Translations under genes and position numbers: made by a program
From: Oopsacas minuta
Taxonomy: Eukaryota > Animalia > Porifera
Assembly: GCA_024704765.1 (NCBI GenBank)
Contig: JAKMXF010000309.1
Span: 287,887 to 351,886, forward strand
DNA: 64,000 bases
Reading direction: 5' to 3'
In this document: positions 24,526 to 37,264 of the stretch, one piece after another
Numbering within the stretch: the first letter of the stretch is position 1
How the letters are laid out: each line of letters starts with the position of its first letter
Notes under the pieces: model-generated
What the model was told of the DNA's origin: nothing
The model's input: only the letters and a program-made list of their open reading frames with translations
The model's database searches: none

Positions 24526-27500
24526 TTATTTTTGAGTCGTTCTAATACCGAAACACACTTCACTATTCGTGTTAAGCTTATGAGAACTTGGAAATGTAGC
24601 GATTGGAAGCTTATTCTGAAGATATTTTGGTTTTAGAAGTATTTCCTGGTTACTTGACTAGAGGGAAAATGGAGAAAATAAACTTAAAAAATTCAAAAAA
24701 ATTATGAGTAAAATTTGGAAACTGTTACTAACCTCCATGTCAAATTTACATTCCGAAACCTCAACTTGGTAACCAGGTAAATCGATCCTTTCAAGTCCGC
24801 ATGGGACTGTAATCTTCATGATATCTGATAGTAGTCCAAGATATCGCAACTGAGTTGATACAGCCGGGTTGTATTGAATCACTCCATTATCCTAAACGAA
24901 AATAAGGGTAAATTTGCTGGCTCAAAATCGCGAAATATAACACGACATACCAATCCAGTAATAGTTCCGTTCATGCATGAGAAGACAATTGAAGTCTGTG
25001 TGTCAATTTCCAAACTTTCGCAACCACAGGGCAAAGTATCGTAAGAAGAACCATCATTAGGATTACAATATGCAAACTTCTTGTCTGAAAATTTATTACC
25101 GACCATAAGCTCATCTTGATACCAATCTGCGCAACTCCTATAAATAGCAGAAAAAGTTTATTGTATAATTTACAAATTTAATTATTAATGTCTTACCTAA
25201 CAACGGGTAGACCGTTGTGGAATTCCATATGAGAGCTTGAGTATTTTCCACCACTACCACTTGATGCAGTACCAGGGGGACCTATTGAAATTAGTAATAA
25301 ATTGTGTACATTTCATAACAACTATATTATGTGAAAGGAATTTACCAGGAGGTCCTGGGGGTCCTTGTGATCCTGGAGGTCCATCACGTCCGTTAGAACA
25401 TGACGGTCCTGGTTGTCCAACGGGTCCTGGAGGACCTGGGGGTCCATTTTCACCATCGCGTCCAGGGAGACCAGTAGTTCCTGAAGGGCCCGATGGTCCA
25501 GAAGGTCCGGATGCTCCCGTATTTCCGGTATCACCTTGCAATCCGACTGCACCTGGATTTCCAGAATTACCAATGAACCCTTTGTCACCTTGATTACCCT
25601 TTGAACCCTTGTCTCCACGAGCACCATTTGCGCCCTTTGAACCAGTTAAGCCAGGAGATCCATCACGACCTAACAACGAGAAATATGTAGAGAATGTAAT
25701 ACAAATTTAACCAATTTTCTAAACTGAACTTACCTGCAGAACCTTGGGGTCCATCAGAACCAGCTCTTCCATCACTACCTGGGTTACCAGAGGCTCCAGG
25801 GGCACCATTCACACCAGTGGGTCCTGTAGGACCGGGGGGTCCAGGGGGTCCAGTTACACCTCTTTCACCAGTTATACCAGGAGTACCATCAACACCATTG
25901 AGACCTCTCTCACCCTGTAATCCAGTTAAACCAGAATCTCCAGAGGGACCTTGTTGTCCGGGGGGGCCTGGTGGTCCAGTTGCGCCACGAGTTCCTTCAG
26001 ATCCACGTGGGCCAGTGGGTCCATCTGGTCCTTGAGGTCCAATAGGTCCTGGGGGTCCAGGAGGGCCAGTACCACCGGGTGCTCCCTGTGAAAAAGAATA
26101 AATTATATCTGAAAATTAGTATTTTCATTTGCATGTTTGTTTTTTGTTACTTACAGCTGTTCCTTGTGGTCCAGTTGCTCCTGTAGTTCCAGTGAGACCG
26201 GGAGGACCGTCATCACCTTGACCACCATCTGAACCGGTAGCACCTGGATCTCCTCTATTTCCGTCGAGACCATCAGTACCTGCTGAACCAGGGGGTCCGG
26301 GGTTTCCATTTTGTCCGGGGGTGCCGTCACGACCTGGTACTCCTGTGTCTCCTGTGTCTCCTGATGGTCCTCTTGGTCCTTCAGTACCTGGTGGTCCTGG
26401 TGGGCCGCCTGGACCTGGTGCACCCTAAATATAGAAATTAATAATAAATAAGTAAAACTTTTGAAAAATAATTCATTGCAAAATCCCTGTATTTCACGTT
26501 ACAGGAAAATATCCAGAAATATAAAAAAAATTGTGAATTGGGATATAACTTACAGTTGGTCCAGTATCTCCAGAATTTCCTTGTTCCCCTGGACCTCCTG
26601 GGGGTCCTGAATCTCCAGTACTACCCTTCTCACCCTTCTCACCATCACCACCACCAGATCCTAAAGAACCGCTATCTCCAGATTGTCCGGGTGGTCCAAT
26701 ATCTCCTCGTTCTCCGACAGGTCCTACAGGTCCCTGTGGTCCAGGGGGTCCGGGGTTACCTGGTTGACCTTGATCTCCTTGTGGTCCATTTGGTCCAACT
26801 GGACCCTGTGGCCCTTGTGATCCCTATAATAAGTCAAAATATAAAACTGATACACAAATCAGACTAAAGAAATTTCTTAAGTTTTCACGGGTTAAATCAA
26901 ATACAGTCAACTCCCGTTATGTCAAGTGTGAAATTGTACAAATATGGTCCTAAACTGTCAAAGTACATATATATATATATATATCATCGGTCATTATTGG
27001 GTTCCCTTGAGCTTCGATATAACGGGAGCTAACTGTAATTATGTTTTGTAAATATTAACACACAAATTGTAAAAGATAGACAAATCAAAACTTACAGCTT
27101 GTCCGTTGCCTCCAGATGGTCCATCTTGTCCGGGGGGTCCGGTACCACCTGGCGATCCAACATCTCCTCGACTACCTGGGGTACCTGGTGCGCCATTTGA
27201 TCCGGGGTTACCTGATGAACCTGTTATACCAGTTGGTCCTGGGGCTCCATTGGGACCTTGTTCTCCTCTTATTCCAGGTGCACCAGTATCACCAATTAGT
27301 CCATCAAGTCCTGGAACACCATCAAGTCCAGGAGCTCCTACTTCTCCATCCGCTCCAGGATCACCTCCCTGGCCTGATTGACCTGCATCTCCTGGGAGTC
27401 CACGCCCACCTTGGGCTCCTTGGGGACCATCATTTCCGGGAATTCCATTAGGACCCTATTTTGTAATACAAAGTAAATTATGAAATACAAAAGTTTTTTT

Positions 27501-30463
27501 CGGAGAAATTTAACTTACAACTTCGCCTCCATCACCAGGGGGTCCATCATCTCCTTGAAGTCCAGGAGCTCCAGGAAATCCAGGCGGTCCATCAACACCT
27601 TGATCTCCATTGATACCTTGTATTCCTTGTATACCAGGCTCACCACGTGAACCCTTAGGTCCAATTGAACCATCGTCACCCTATAAAATAGCACAATATA
27701 AATATAAACAATAATAAACAACAAATAAATAAATAACTTACAGATGCTCCAGTTGGTCCAGGCTCTCCTTGTGCACCATCTACTCCAGGCTCACCGATAT
27801 TTCCTTGTTGGCCAGTTGGTCCAGCAGCACCTGCAGGTCCAGGAGATCCCTATAGATTAAATCATAAATTTGTAAGGAATAAATCTCAATTGTTGTTGTT
27901 TGTTTGTTTGTTCGTTGTCAAGGAAAGGATTCATTGTATGCTATTCTCAAATTGAAATTCCACATTTTTGAAGTAATCATAATTATATTTCTTTGTTGTT
28001 TTTATGAATATAAAGTAAACAAATAGTTGAAATCTCAAAATATACGTAGAGACTTGCTCTCAATTGCTACATGGGGTTACAAAGTATGCTGATTCCAAAA
28101 TTCGCACTTTTGAAGTGATTCATAACTAAATTTATTTGTTGTTTTTATGAATATAAAGTAAACAAACAATTTACTCACCACTAGTCCAGATTCACCTTGA
28201 GGACCTGGGTTACCACGATTGCCATTTGCACCTGGTATACCAGGACTTCCTGAATTTCCTGATCGTCCTGGATTTCCGGATGGGCCTGGGGGGCCTGGCT
28301 GACCTTGTGCACCTCTATCTCCACTCTCTCCTGTTGGTCCCTGACCACCGACTGGGCCCTGAGTACCATCTGAACCTCTGGGACCAACTGGCCCATCTTG
28401 ACCGTCTTTACCTGGTGGTCCAGCAGGTCCCTATTTGACATAAAATTCAATTACTATGAAATTAATATTTTAATTCCGATAATAAGGTATTCGTAAACAA
28501 CTCACTCTTGGTCCAATAGCTCCAACTTGTCCAGATACTCCTTGTCTTCCTTTCCTTCCTTTTTGTCCGTCTTCCCCATCTCTTCCTTCCGGCCCAGCCT
28601 CACCAGGGCCACCCTGACTTCCAGTTCTCCCTGTTGATCCGATGTCTCCAGGGGGACCTTGAGGTCCAGTTGCACCTGTTGCACCCTGTGAACCCGTGGT
28701 TCCTCGATCTCCTGGGGGTCCTCTACCTCCTGGAGCTCCAGTTGGACCTTGTGCACCCTCTGGTCCGATTATACCAACATCTCCTTGATCTCCCTTTGAA
28801 CCTTTCTCTCCCTAAAAGTAATAAGTTTTCATAAATGTGATTTTTGTCAATAGACACATTTGGGAATATTTGATTTTTCAAAAAGTGGAAAATAAGCGAT
28901 GTATTAACTTACAATTTGTCCGTCAGCACCAGACGATCCAGAAGCACCACCAATACCATCATTACCATTGGGACCTGGTTCACCAGCTGAACCCTTTAGC
29001 CCCCTTGTACCTTTGAAACCTCTAAGCCCTGCTGCTCCTGGGGGTCCGGTTACACCTGGAGGTCCTGGTGGTCCCTGTACTCCAGTGTTTCCATTGAGAC
29101 CAGCTGTACCTGGGGGGCCTGGTCGACCTTGACCACCTCGTGCACCACTTTGACCAGCTTGACCCTAAAGTTGTAAATAATCAAAAACTGCTTTGTAAAT
29201 ATATTATTGCTTCTCACACATGATTTACGTAATTCATAAGAAATTCCAGTTCGATTTTCTTGTGACAATATATAATATAAATTTATAGCGAGAACAGATT
29301 ATATTTGTATACAACTTACTGGTGATCCTGGTAGTCCCGCTGAACCTGGATCTCCTTTATCACCGGGATTACCATCTTGTCCTCTCAGTCCATTCTGACC
29401 ATCTCTACCTGGTAGGCCCTGTAATAAACAATAAATAAATAAATTCTCATAAATATCGATTATCAAAAAAACAAGATTCTTACAGCTTCTCCCTTTTGTC
29501 CTGTTTTACCGCTAGGCCCGTCAATACCAGTCAAACCGATTTCACCTTCAACACCCTGTAAGCCTGGAGCACCATCTTGTCCGGGTAGCCCCTAAAAAGG
29601 TGTGAAAATATGAATAATCATACGGGTATTTATAAATGCAAATACTTACGTCTTGACCTGGTTGTCCTGAAGGCCCTTGAGCTCCTGGCGAGCCAGCTGC
29701 TCCCTAAAAATACATATTATAAAATATGGATATATAAAGGTATAGTCTTGTGACGTCATTACACTTACCCCATTTCCTGATGGTCCTGTTGGTCCTGGGA
29801 AGCCTGGATCTCCTATTGTACCCTATTAGAAAATGAGAGTTATTAAATTGCAATTGTTGTCTGTGTGTCTGTCCGTTGTCAAGAAAGGATTTATGGTATG
29901 CTATTTTGAATTCGAATTTCGTAATGTCGCATAACTATGTATTTATCGGTTTATCAAGAAAGTAAACAGAATTATGTAAAACTAAATATATCGAATAGCT
30001 GATTCCGATTTTCACTCTTCTCAATTAGTCATATGTAAATGTATTTGTTGTTTTTATTAAAATATAGTAAACAAATTTTCGAAATCTCAAAATATTATTA
30101 TATATTTTAACAGTTTGGATTTTGTAGTTTGTTATGTTATAGTGTTTGTAAATTGTGAAAATTACTATTAAATTTTTTGTAAATTCAACTCACTGGCTCT
30201 CCCTTTTGTCCTGGATCTCCTGGTCCTCCTGGACTACACTATATGCAAACAAACATCAAATATATTCAAAACAAACAAACAAACAAACAAACACTCACCA
30301 CAACTCCGCCATTTGATCCAGATGCACCTGATGTCCCGGACTTTTCTATTTAGCAAGAGAACAATAAATTTCATATTTTAAGTGCAAATCTAATTTACTT
30401 ACGTTGAGCCCAAGCAGTTGCAAGTAAAACCGTGAGTAGTAATAGAATCCTAAATTTGGTCAT
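24526..30463 (-). CDS. Fibrillar collagen alpha chain B: ~21 exons, ~336 triplets, short COLFI-like C-propeptide
   Basis: Signal peptide [10 protein letters not shown] and a continuous Gly-X-Y run across exons. C-terminal [34 protein letters not shown] and EVCF. Confidence 0.9.
26904..27035. mobile_element. MITE family A in a collagen B intron
   Basis: TIRs with TA flanks and an internal (TA)n tract. Confidence 0.85.
27890..28165. repeat. Intronic repeat with internal duplication, shared with the collagen B intron at ~29850-30095
   Basis: cgttgtcaag(g)aaaggatt.at.gtatgctatt and ttgttgtttttatgaatataaagtaaacaaa recur. Confidence 0.65.
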
Positions 30464-31575
30464 TCTATATAGAGATAAAGGTAATTTTAAAATTACTATT
30501 CGTAGCAAGAAAATGTTGTTTCGTCTCGAATTGTATTTTAAAACTCACGTAAAAAGGGTGAAATTTTCCCTATAATCTTTCTCGTATCTTTACTGCCCCA
30601 ATAACATCTATTGGGAAATAAGTTGTTGAATCCTGAAATCAGTTTCTTGTCGTATTAAAACTGATCTCAACTTGTAGCAGATTTGGATAGAAAAAGTGAA
30701 GTAGAATGCAACTGTACAGTGCAAGATAATAATATATAGAAAGCTATACTAGCATAGTATCTTTCAACAATGCATTGCTCTAAAATATTAACTCGTCTAA
30801 AGTTATTGTATAGTAGAAATATGATATTATAAGATTCTATGTGTAGCGTACTAAGCCTGATATTGAATAGGTAGTAATTGCATTGTTGAAGTACATAGTC
30901 TATTATTACTAGAGAATTGTTGTAACGGCCGAATTTGTATGTCGATTGTGTTTGACTCAACCATAGGAATTGTATTGGTGACTTGATGCAGTTTAGTTTC
31001 CCGTTTTTGAAGTTTAATTTCGGGCAGAGATTGTGTTTGTTATTTTTTAGATAATATTTATACAATAAAATTGGTTGAAATACATTTGACTATTATCGTG
31101 AATTGTCGTATGAAGAGATAACCCCCCCCTCTCCATATATTCGCATTAGAATCAAATAAATCAGATAATCTGGAGTTATAATGCAAGTGTAAACTGGGAA
31201 TTATAGCGTCACAAAAATACAAAAAACTCCACTAAAAAATGACAAGGAAATTGCTAGAATATTTGCCGCGATATACTATTTTTAAGTTAGATAGAAGATT
31301 CGATCGTAAATGTTTATGTAAAAATGATTCGAACATACATACCTTCATTAGAAGTACAACTTCATACATCTTGTATATCAGCATCATATCTATAGTATAC
31401 AATAAAATTAATGTTATTAAGATAGTCTACGTGCTCTTCTAATTAAAACACTGACAATAATATTTCTAATACAACAACCTACTTGAACGACGAGTCAGTG
31501 GCGGATCCAGGATTTCAAGGGGTGTGAATTTTCGCGTTGCGAGCACTTTAAGGGTGTATGGGTATTTGCCAGATA

Positions 31576-31743
31576 CAGTCAACTCCAGTTATATCGAACA
31601 CGGATATATCCAAATACCCGTTTATATCGCAGTCTGAAATTGTACAAATATGGTCACTATCCGTCAAAGTAACATAAAATTCATTGGCTATATCGAAATA
31701 ATTACCGCGGTCCCTTGAGCTTCGATATGACGGGGGTTGACTG
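31576..31743. mobile_element. MITE family A
   Basis: cagtcaactccagttatatcgaa ... ttcgatatgacgggggttgactg. Confidence 0.85.
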
Positions 31744-31990
31744 GATATTGGTACGCCAACAAAAAAGCCGCTGACCAAATACACCCATTTGGATTTGACT
31801 CGTTCGCCATATCGAATTCAAATTATCCCCAATTTCCCATAATTCTAAAGAAAATAATAATCTTCAATACTAACACAACATGAGAAAGATAGTAACAGAG
31901 CAAGTTTTCAAGAAACGAGTAAACAGCACAGACAAACTGTAATGTATTATGTACATATGAATTCAGTGACTATGCTACATAAATACTTTC

Positions 31991-32791
31991 CTATTTCTCT
32001 TCAACTTCAACTGTTCCACGAATCTCCTTCGTAGCTCGTTGTGCGACCAAATCTGCTTTAGTCTTCTCCTCGTACTGACGTATGTCTTCCATTGTCATGT
32101 TGAACCATTCGTCCATCCATACGAACATTTGCCGGTGAGTACGTGTAAATAGCTTGCGTTGGAAATTTCCAATAAGATTTTCGGCTCTCGTTTGTAAGCC
32201 CCACCATTTGAACTCGGTGATTACAAGCTTGTAGGCACACATTATCGGTACGTGGGAATGTATGTAGTCCTTTTCCAGAGGCCCGCGGTTAGCTAGCACG
32301 GATTTATGCATTGCTGGATCCTCCGCTTCGTTATAACCGTAATGGTGTTGCTCGTTTACAATATCGATAATAATAATTTCGCGTTTTTCAAGCTGTTCTG
32401 GCGTGAGATCGTGGATATTTTCAATCGTGCCTCTATCGTTATCAACATGCTTGGTCGTGACACTCAGTATGAAATTATCCTTCATGTACCGTGGATTAGT
32501 TATAACAGTTTTGCAGTATGGGTAAGCATTCCAAGCCTCCTCATCAACTTCTAGGGAACCCTTTGGAGCAATGTATCTAACAAACTTAGGGACTTTCTGC
32601 TCTAAATGATAGAGTTTATGTGTGTATTGACCTTTTTCTGCGCCTTTTTCGTATGGTACGTTTTCTATAATTTCAACGCCATCTCCACCCCCGGTCTCAT
32701 TCATACTCACACGGGCCGTCGCGTAGAGCTGTCCGATTGGATATTCTTCAAGTTTGTAAGGAAGAATTATGCGGAATTCTTTGATGATCAT
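31991..32791 (-). CDS. PITPNA: Phosphatidylinositol transfer protein (class I PITP alpha/beta), intronless
   Basis: MIIKEFRIILP, YPIGQLY, NETGGGDGVE, EEAWNAYPYCKT, MCAYKLV and HRQMFVWMDEWF. Alpha and beta cannot be distinguished. Confidence 0.9.
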   Translation of the reverse strand: MIIKEFRIILPYKLEEYPIGQLYATARVSMNETGGGDGVEIIENVPYEKGAEKGQYTHKLYHLEQKVPKFVRYIAPKGSLEVDEEAWNAYPYCKTVITNPRYMKDNFILSVTTKHVDNDRGTIENIHDLTPEQLEKREIIIIDIVNEQHHYGYNEAEDPAMHKSVLANRGPLEKDYIHSHVPIMCAYKLVITEFKWWGLQTRAENLIGNFQRKLFTRTHRQMFVWMDEWFNMTMEDIRQYEEKTKADLVAQRATKEIRGTVEVEEK

Positions 32792-33128
32792 TCTATCTAG
32801 CTTTTAATTAAATTTTGGGTAAAAACTGATTCATTTATACATATTTTTTTGTGCTATATACGTGAAGTGACCATTTTTGGGCACAAATTTGTAAGTTTGC
32901 AATTGGCTAAATTACTTCAAAATGACAATATTGCAAATTATATATACTTTGCAAAAATTATATTTAAGTATCCACAATTCAAGGAAATTATATCACTTCT
33001 AATTATAATTATTGCATGATTACCAATTTGATAGAGTAATCAGATATCATTTATTAGAGAAAAGAATTAATTAGGTATTTGAAACGTAGTTATTTTTAGT
33101 ACAGAACCTATAGGGAGATGCCCTAATG

Positions 33129-33271
33129 CAGCAGTTCCCAACCTTTTTCACCTCATATCCCAATTTTAATATATTTTGTGGACACCTTCATATAGAGTGG
33201 AATAGATCCTATGACTCCACTGTTGTCCGTGGACCACCAAGAGGACCCCAGGTTGGGAACCGCTGGAGCTG
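33129..33271. mobile_element. MITE family B (hAT-like, TIR CAG.GGTTCCCAACC)
   Basis: TIR pair with an 8-bp TSD-like pair ccctaatg/tcctaatg. Inserted into another repeat whose intact end is seen at ~47670. Confidence 0.8.
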
Positions 33272-33495
33272 TCCTAATGGTGTGAACGATTTGCGAGGTT
33301 TCGTCAACCCATTCGTCCTGAGAAATCTAGTGGCTCGATTGACATGATTGATATATGGGTTTTGGGTGTAGATTTGTACCCGGGGTATAAATCTTTGAGA
33401 ATATTCTGGAATAATTACACACACATGCCTAATATATACACATTTGACAGTATTTACAATAAAATTCCCTTAAAATGTTAAAAAGTCTCAGCTCT

Positions 33496-34230
33496 TCAAT
33501 AGTCTGATGGAAAAGATCTCATCAAGATATTATCTTGTATTTCATTCTCTGAATTAACCTTGCTGTTAATATCTTTGCGATTAATAGGACGTGGTGATCT
33601 CGGTCTAGGAGGTGGGTTTTCTAACCCATCTTGGAAGGCTGGAACATCATCATCAAATGGATTAAATTGTATTTTAATTTTATTCCCTGGATTTTTCTTC
33701 GCTTTTGGAAAAAGGTTAGTTTTGGGTATCTCTATTACATCCACGGTTGATGTTCTTGCTAGCAGTGGACTGCGTTTGGAGGATAAACTTCCCAAAATTC
33801 CCTTACTTTTCAATTTACCATTAGTAGAATGTGTTAGAATATGCGAATTTAGTGTATTAATTACTTTTTCTTTTTCAGATAATTCTCGAATTAAATTACG
33901 GATGTCAACTTGAAATGCGTTCTTTTCGAGTTGCAATTCACGAATTATGAGATTTTGATCTTCGATTTTAGATTGCAATTCCTGGATTTTAATTGAACTC
34001 GTAGAGAAGGGATCAATCGAATTTTGCTTCAATTCGCAAATATTCAGTTTATTTGTTAGAGCTTCAAGTTCTTGATTTTTAATTTCTAACTCTAAGAGAA
34101 TATTTTCTTGGCTTTTATTCGAAACTGTGGCGCGTAGTTGACGAAATCTTGAACTTAGCCCTCCATAAGCCGATTTTAATTCCTCATATTCGAGTGATAA
34201 TTTATCGTAATCATTGTTTGTTGCAGACAT
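33496..34230 (-). CDS. Uncharacterised coiled-coil protein with NPF and Pro-rich motifs
   Basis: 244-aa ORF with heptad-like first half, FNPFDDD and PPPRPRSPRP. A clear acceptor (ttttacag) lies 8 nt before the ATG. Confidence 0.65.
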   Translation of the reverse strand: MSATNNDYDKLSLEYEELKSAYGGLSSRFRQLRATVSNKSQENILLELEIKNQELEALTNKLNICELKQNSIDPFSTSSIKIQELQSKIEDQNLIIRELQLEKNAFQVDIRNLIRELSEKEKVINTLNSHILTHSTNGKLKSKGILGSLSSKRSPLLARTSTVDVIEIPKTNLFPKAKKNPGNKIKIQFNPFDDDVPAFQDGLENPPPRPRSPRPINRKDINSKVNSENEIQDNILMRSFPSDY

Positions 34231-34684
34231 GAATAATTCTGTAAAATTGGATTAAATGATTGAGTTTTGCTTAAAAATTCTGATAAAAAAACCTATTAAA
34301 GATTCACCTGTGGCCACATTATGAATAAAATGTTCATAGATTTTGTTGTTGGCATGAAAATTTACAAATTTGACTAGCAAAACTAGCATTTTAAGGCTAG
34401 AAATACTCCAGATGATCGCCATGCTGTGTAACCCCACAAACGGGGTGTCAGGGACGCCGACAAATTCTTCCACATTTGTGGAGGTTCATTTATATGTAAT
34501 TAAGAATTTGTTTCTCTTTGGTTTTCACTATTTCCAAAGACCCATTTGTGGAGGCCTCACATATAAATTTACACAAATAATTTTCAATTATTTTACACCA
34601 CATAAGTATAGAATAAGCTTTATATAACATAGTTTGCGAAAATATAAAATAACCATCAGTTTGTATGAAGGAGCAGAGGGAGTG

Positions 34685-36211
34685 CTAATCTCTACCTAAA
34701 GTTATGTAACCAGGTTTCGGAGATTGCAAATGGGATCGCCATTTCATGCAGAGGCAAAATATGCCAGTCAGGCCAGCGACAAAAAGAGCAAAACCAGAAA
34801 TCATCCCTGCCCATGAGATAGATTTCGCAGTGTCGACTAAATCGAGTTTTCTGCGAAAATCGGTCGCCATTGCATCAGAAACTTCTCCAGTAACATCGAT
34901 ATAGAAAAGTGGGAAATATGTTATATCAGGAATGCGTCGAAAATACGTCACACTATTTTGTTTGAGCAGATAGTTGACTTGCAGACGACTGTGTGTAGCG
35001 AGCGTAGCTCCCGTAATAGGCTCGATATCCCCGTAGCTCATATGCAGATCCTCTTGGGGGTTCAGACCGGATACATTGGTGATGAGACAGTGGTCACCGT
35101 ATAGGAAATGTGGGAGGCTAGCGTATATGCCTAGACCCTTTGGGTCCGTACTGTTTCCAAGGAAAAATAGGCCACTTGGGCCGTTTTGGTAAAAACGAGC
35201 ATTTTCAGGATTCATAGTTGAGTTTTCTAATTCAGATGCTGGTATCGCGAATCTGTACGTTTTTATGCCTTTATGCGAGGGCTTGTCACCGCGAAATTTG
35301 ATAGATAACGGGCGAATCATTTCGTCAACGAAGATCTGTAAAATATCCTTCTCCTCGACTAACGGTTGGAAGACTAACCCTTCCGTACCGTTTATCATAT
35401 TCGCATAGTCATCTCTCCAAATTGTCAAACTTGAATTTCCCTCCCACACTTGATATTGCCCAATTTTTGATGGAATACACACACCAGTATGAACTGTAGA
35501 TAATTTCATAGAAGAATTACTCGTACTATGAATACTAAAGCTGCTGGCTGAATAGAAACCTAAATTCTGGAGACGACGAATAAAACTATCCGAATAGCCC
35601 CAAATTAGTTCTTTAACTTTTAACTTTTTGTATAACTTCGAGCCAGTGAGGTATATTAACCCGTCTAGGACAGATTCACCGAAAAATGAGCTCGTCTTTT
35701 CGGCTGCAGCGACTAGCGGAAGATTTAAGCTAACAATGACGTCATTTTCGCTGAGTTTACTTCCTGTAGCTTCTTGGTCAAATGTATAATATTTCCGTTG
35801 CCTATACGTAACTAGGCATTCATCTTCGGAATGTGTGATATCTTCCTTGACTCTAACCTCTCGAAATTTATATGGACCGACCGCGACGAAAGACGGTTTT
35901 TGACCGTAAATAAATTCACCAGGATTCGTCCAGTTGAAGAAGTAATAGTCATGGTATAAATCTATTTCTGGTGCACTCCATTGGTTAAAAAGCAGTGATC
36001 CGTTTTTCAATTTCATTTGACTGGCCACTGATTGAGCTATCGCTTTATCAACGTAACCCATTGAGATGCCAGCGAGGGAAATTGTTGATAAACCCGCAGC
36101 GATCATTAAGAATGATAGAGCCGATAGACAGACTAATAATTTTCTCTGTCGCATAAGTGCGATTTCCGCGATAGCATAACGCTTTTGGTGATCTTGAAAA
36201 CTCAACTGCAT
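34685..36211 (-). CDS. CD36 family class B scavenger receptor (SCARB/LIMP-2-like), intronless
   Basis: Two terminal TMs, YYFFNWTNP, GPYKFRE, INGTEG, SLPHFLYGD and IEPITG. The start may be Met20. Confidence 0.92.
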   Translation of the reverse strand: MQLSFQDHQKRYAIAEIALMRQRKLLVCLSALSFLMIAAGLSTISLAGISMGYVDKAIAQSVASQMKLKNGSLLFNQWSAPEIDLYHDYYFFNWTNPGEFIYGQKPSFVAVGPYKFREVRVKEDITHSEDECLVTYRQRKYYTFDQEATGSKLSENDVIVSLNLPLVAAAEKTSSFFGESVLDGLIYLTGSKLYKKLKVKELIWGYSDSFIRRLQNLGFYSASSFSIHSTSNSSMKLSTVHTGVCIPSKIGQYQVWEGNSSLTIWRDDYANMINGTEGLVFQPLVEEKDILQIFVDEMIRPLSIKFRGDKPSHKGIKTYRFAIPASELENSTMNPENARFYQNGPSGLFFLGNSTDPKGLGIYASLPHFLYGDHCLITNVSGLNPQEDLHMSYGDIEPITGATLATHSRLQVNYLLKQNSVTYFRRIPDITYFPLFYIDVTGEVSDAMATDFRRKLDLVDTAKSISWAGMISGFALFVAGLTGIFCLCMKWRSHLQSPKPGYITLGRD

Positions 36212-37264
36212 TTCTCAGAAAATTGATAATAAACACGAGATTTCACATATAGAAATGCCCAAGAGAATATTTCCATCGTATTTATGTGATAGCAAATAGG
36301 AAACCTTTCCCAATGCATTTTGACGTGTTCAGTCAAAGGGCAGCCATTCATTAGCTATCAGCTTTTGGTGGCTCAATATACCAACCATAAATGCGGTTTT
36401 TAATGATTCAGTCTTTGAAATTTTCGCGTTGGGGTACACATATTAAAGTGTATTTGTTTGGGGGAGATTGATATGAAATAAATCGCGCTTTTTCACGATG
36501 ATTCAATACAGCGATTTTCTAATAACAATATATTGTTGGTTATGCAAATAAGAGTAGGAAAATAGTGGAATATGTAGAAACCAGAAGTAGAAATTACATA
36601 TATGTAATCTCGAACATGTGTTGGCTGTCAGTGAGATACAGTAGAACCTCATAAATGCGAATTTGCGGATAATACGAACAAATACTCACACAAAATCAGG
36701 TCTTTACAATGGTTACCCAATTGATTGCATCGAAGTAATTATCACAGTGCCTTGAGCTTCGATAAAGCGGTAATTGACTGTATTATTGTAGTATAAGCAA
36801 GAATATACGTATTTAATATATTACATGTTTGTTATCGATAATGTTAGCATAGATAGAACAGATTGAAGAATAATGAAGCAATAACGAGGCGGCTTACTTG
36901 TTAGGAAATCCTAAATGCGATATGAAATGTTTTGTGAAATATATAGGAAAGCCGTTTAACCTAATTAAACCTTATATACACAGCATGGCACACAAACAAA
37001 CAAAGAAACATTATGTTTGTTGGGGGTTTCATTGTATTAATGTTATTTATTAAGATGAGCTTTGAACTAATAGAAATATATTCAGTTAGAATTAAGTAAA
37101 TTTGCATTAAGGCTGTGTGGAGAAAGCGAGGTGGTAATTGAATTGAAATTGGTGGTTATATTTTGCAAGAATTAAATAGCAAATAGTCCAATATTATAGG
37201 CAATTTTTCCAGTTTTCTTGACCCAAAGTTTCGATGTTCTAATGTATTTTATCCTGGAAATTTT

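Noticed and set aside
15859-29268. Many Pro-rich or Leu/Gln-rich ORFs on both strands in the ORF track
   Set aside because: They are antisense or off-frame shadows of Gly-X-Y collagen exons (GGN read as NCC).
30667-31442. ORFs upstream of collagen B
   Set aside because: Composition typical of random AT-rich ORFs, with no motifs or splice support.
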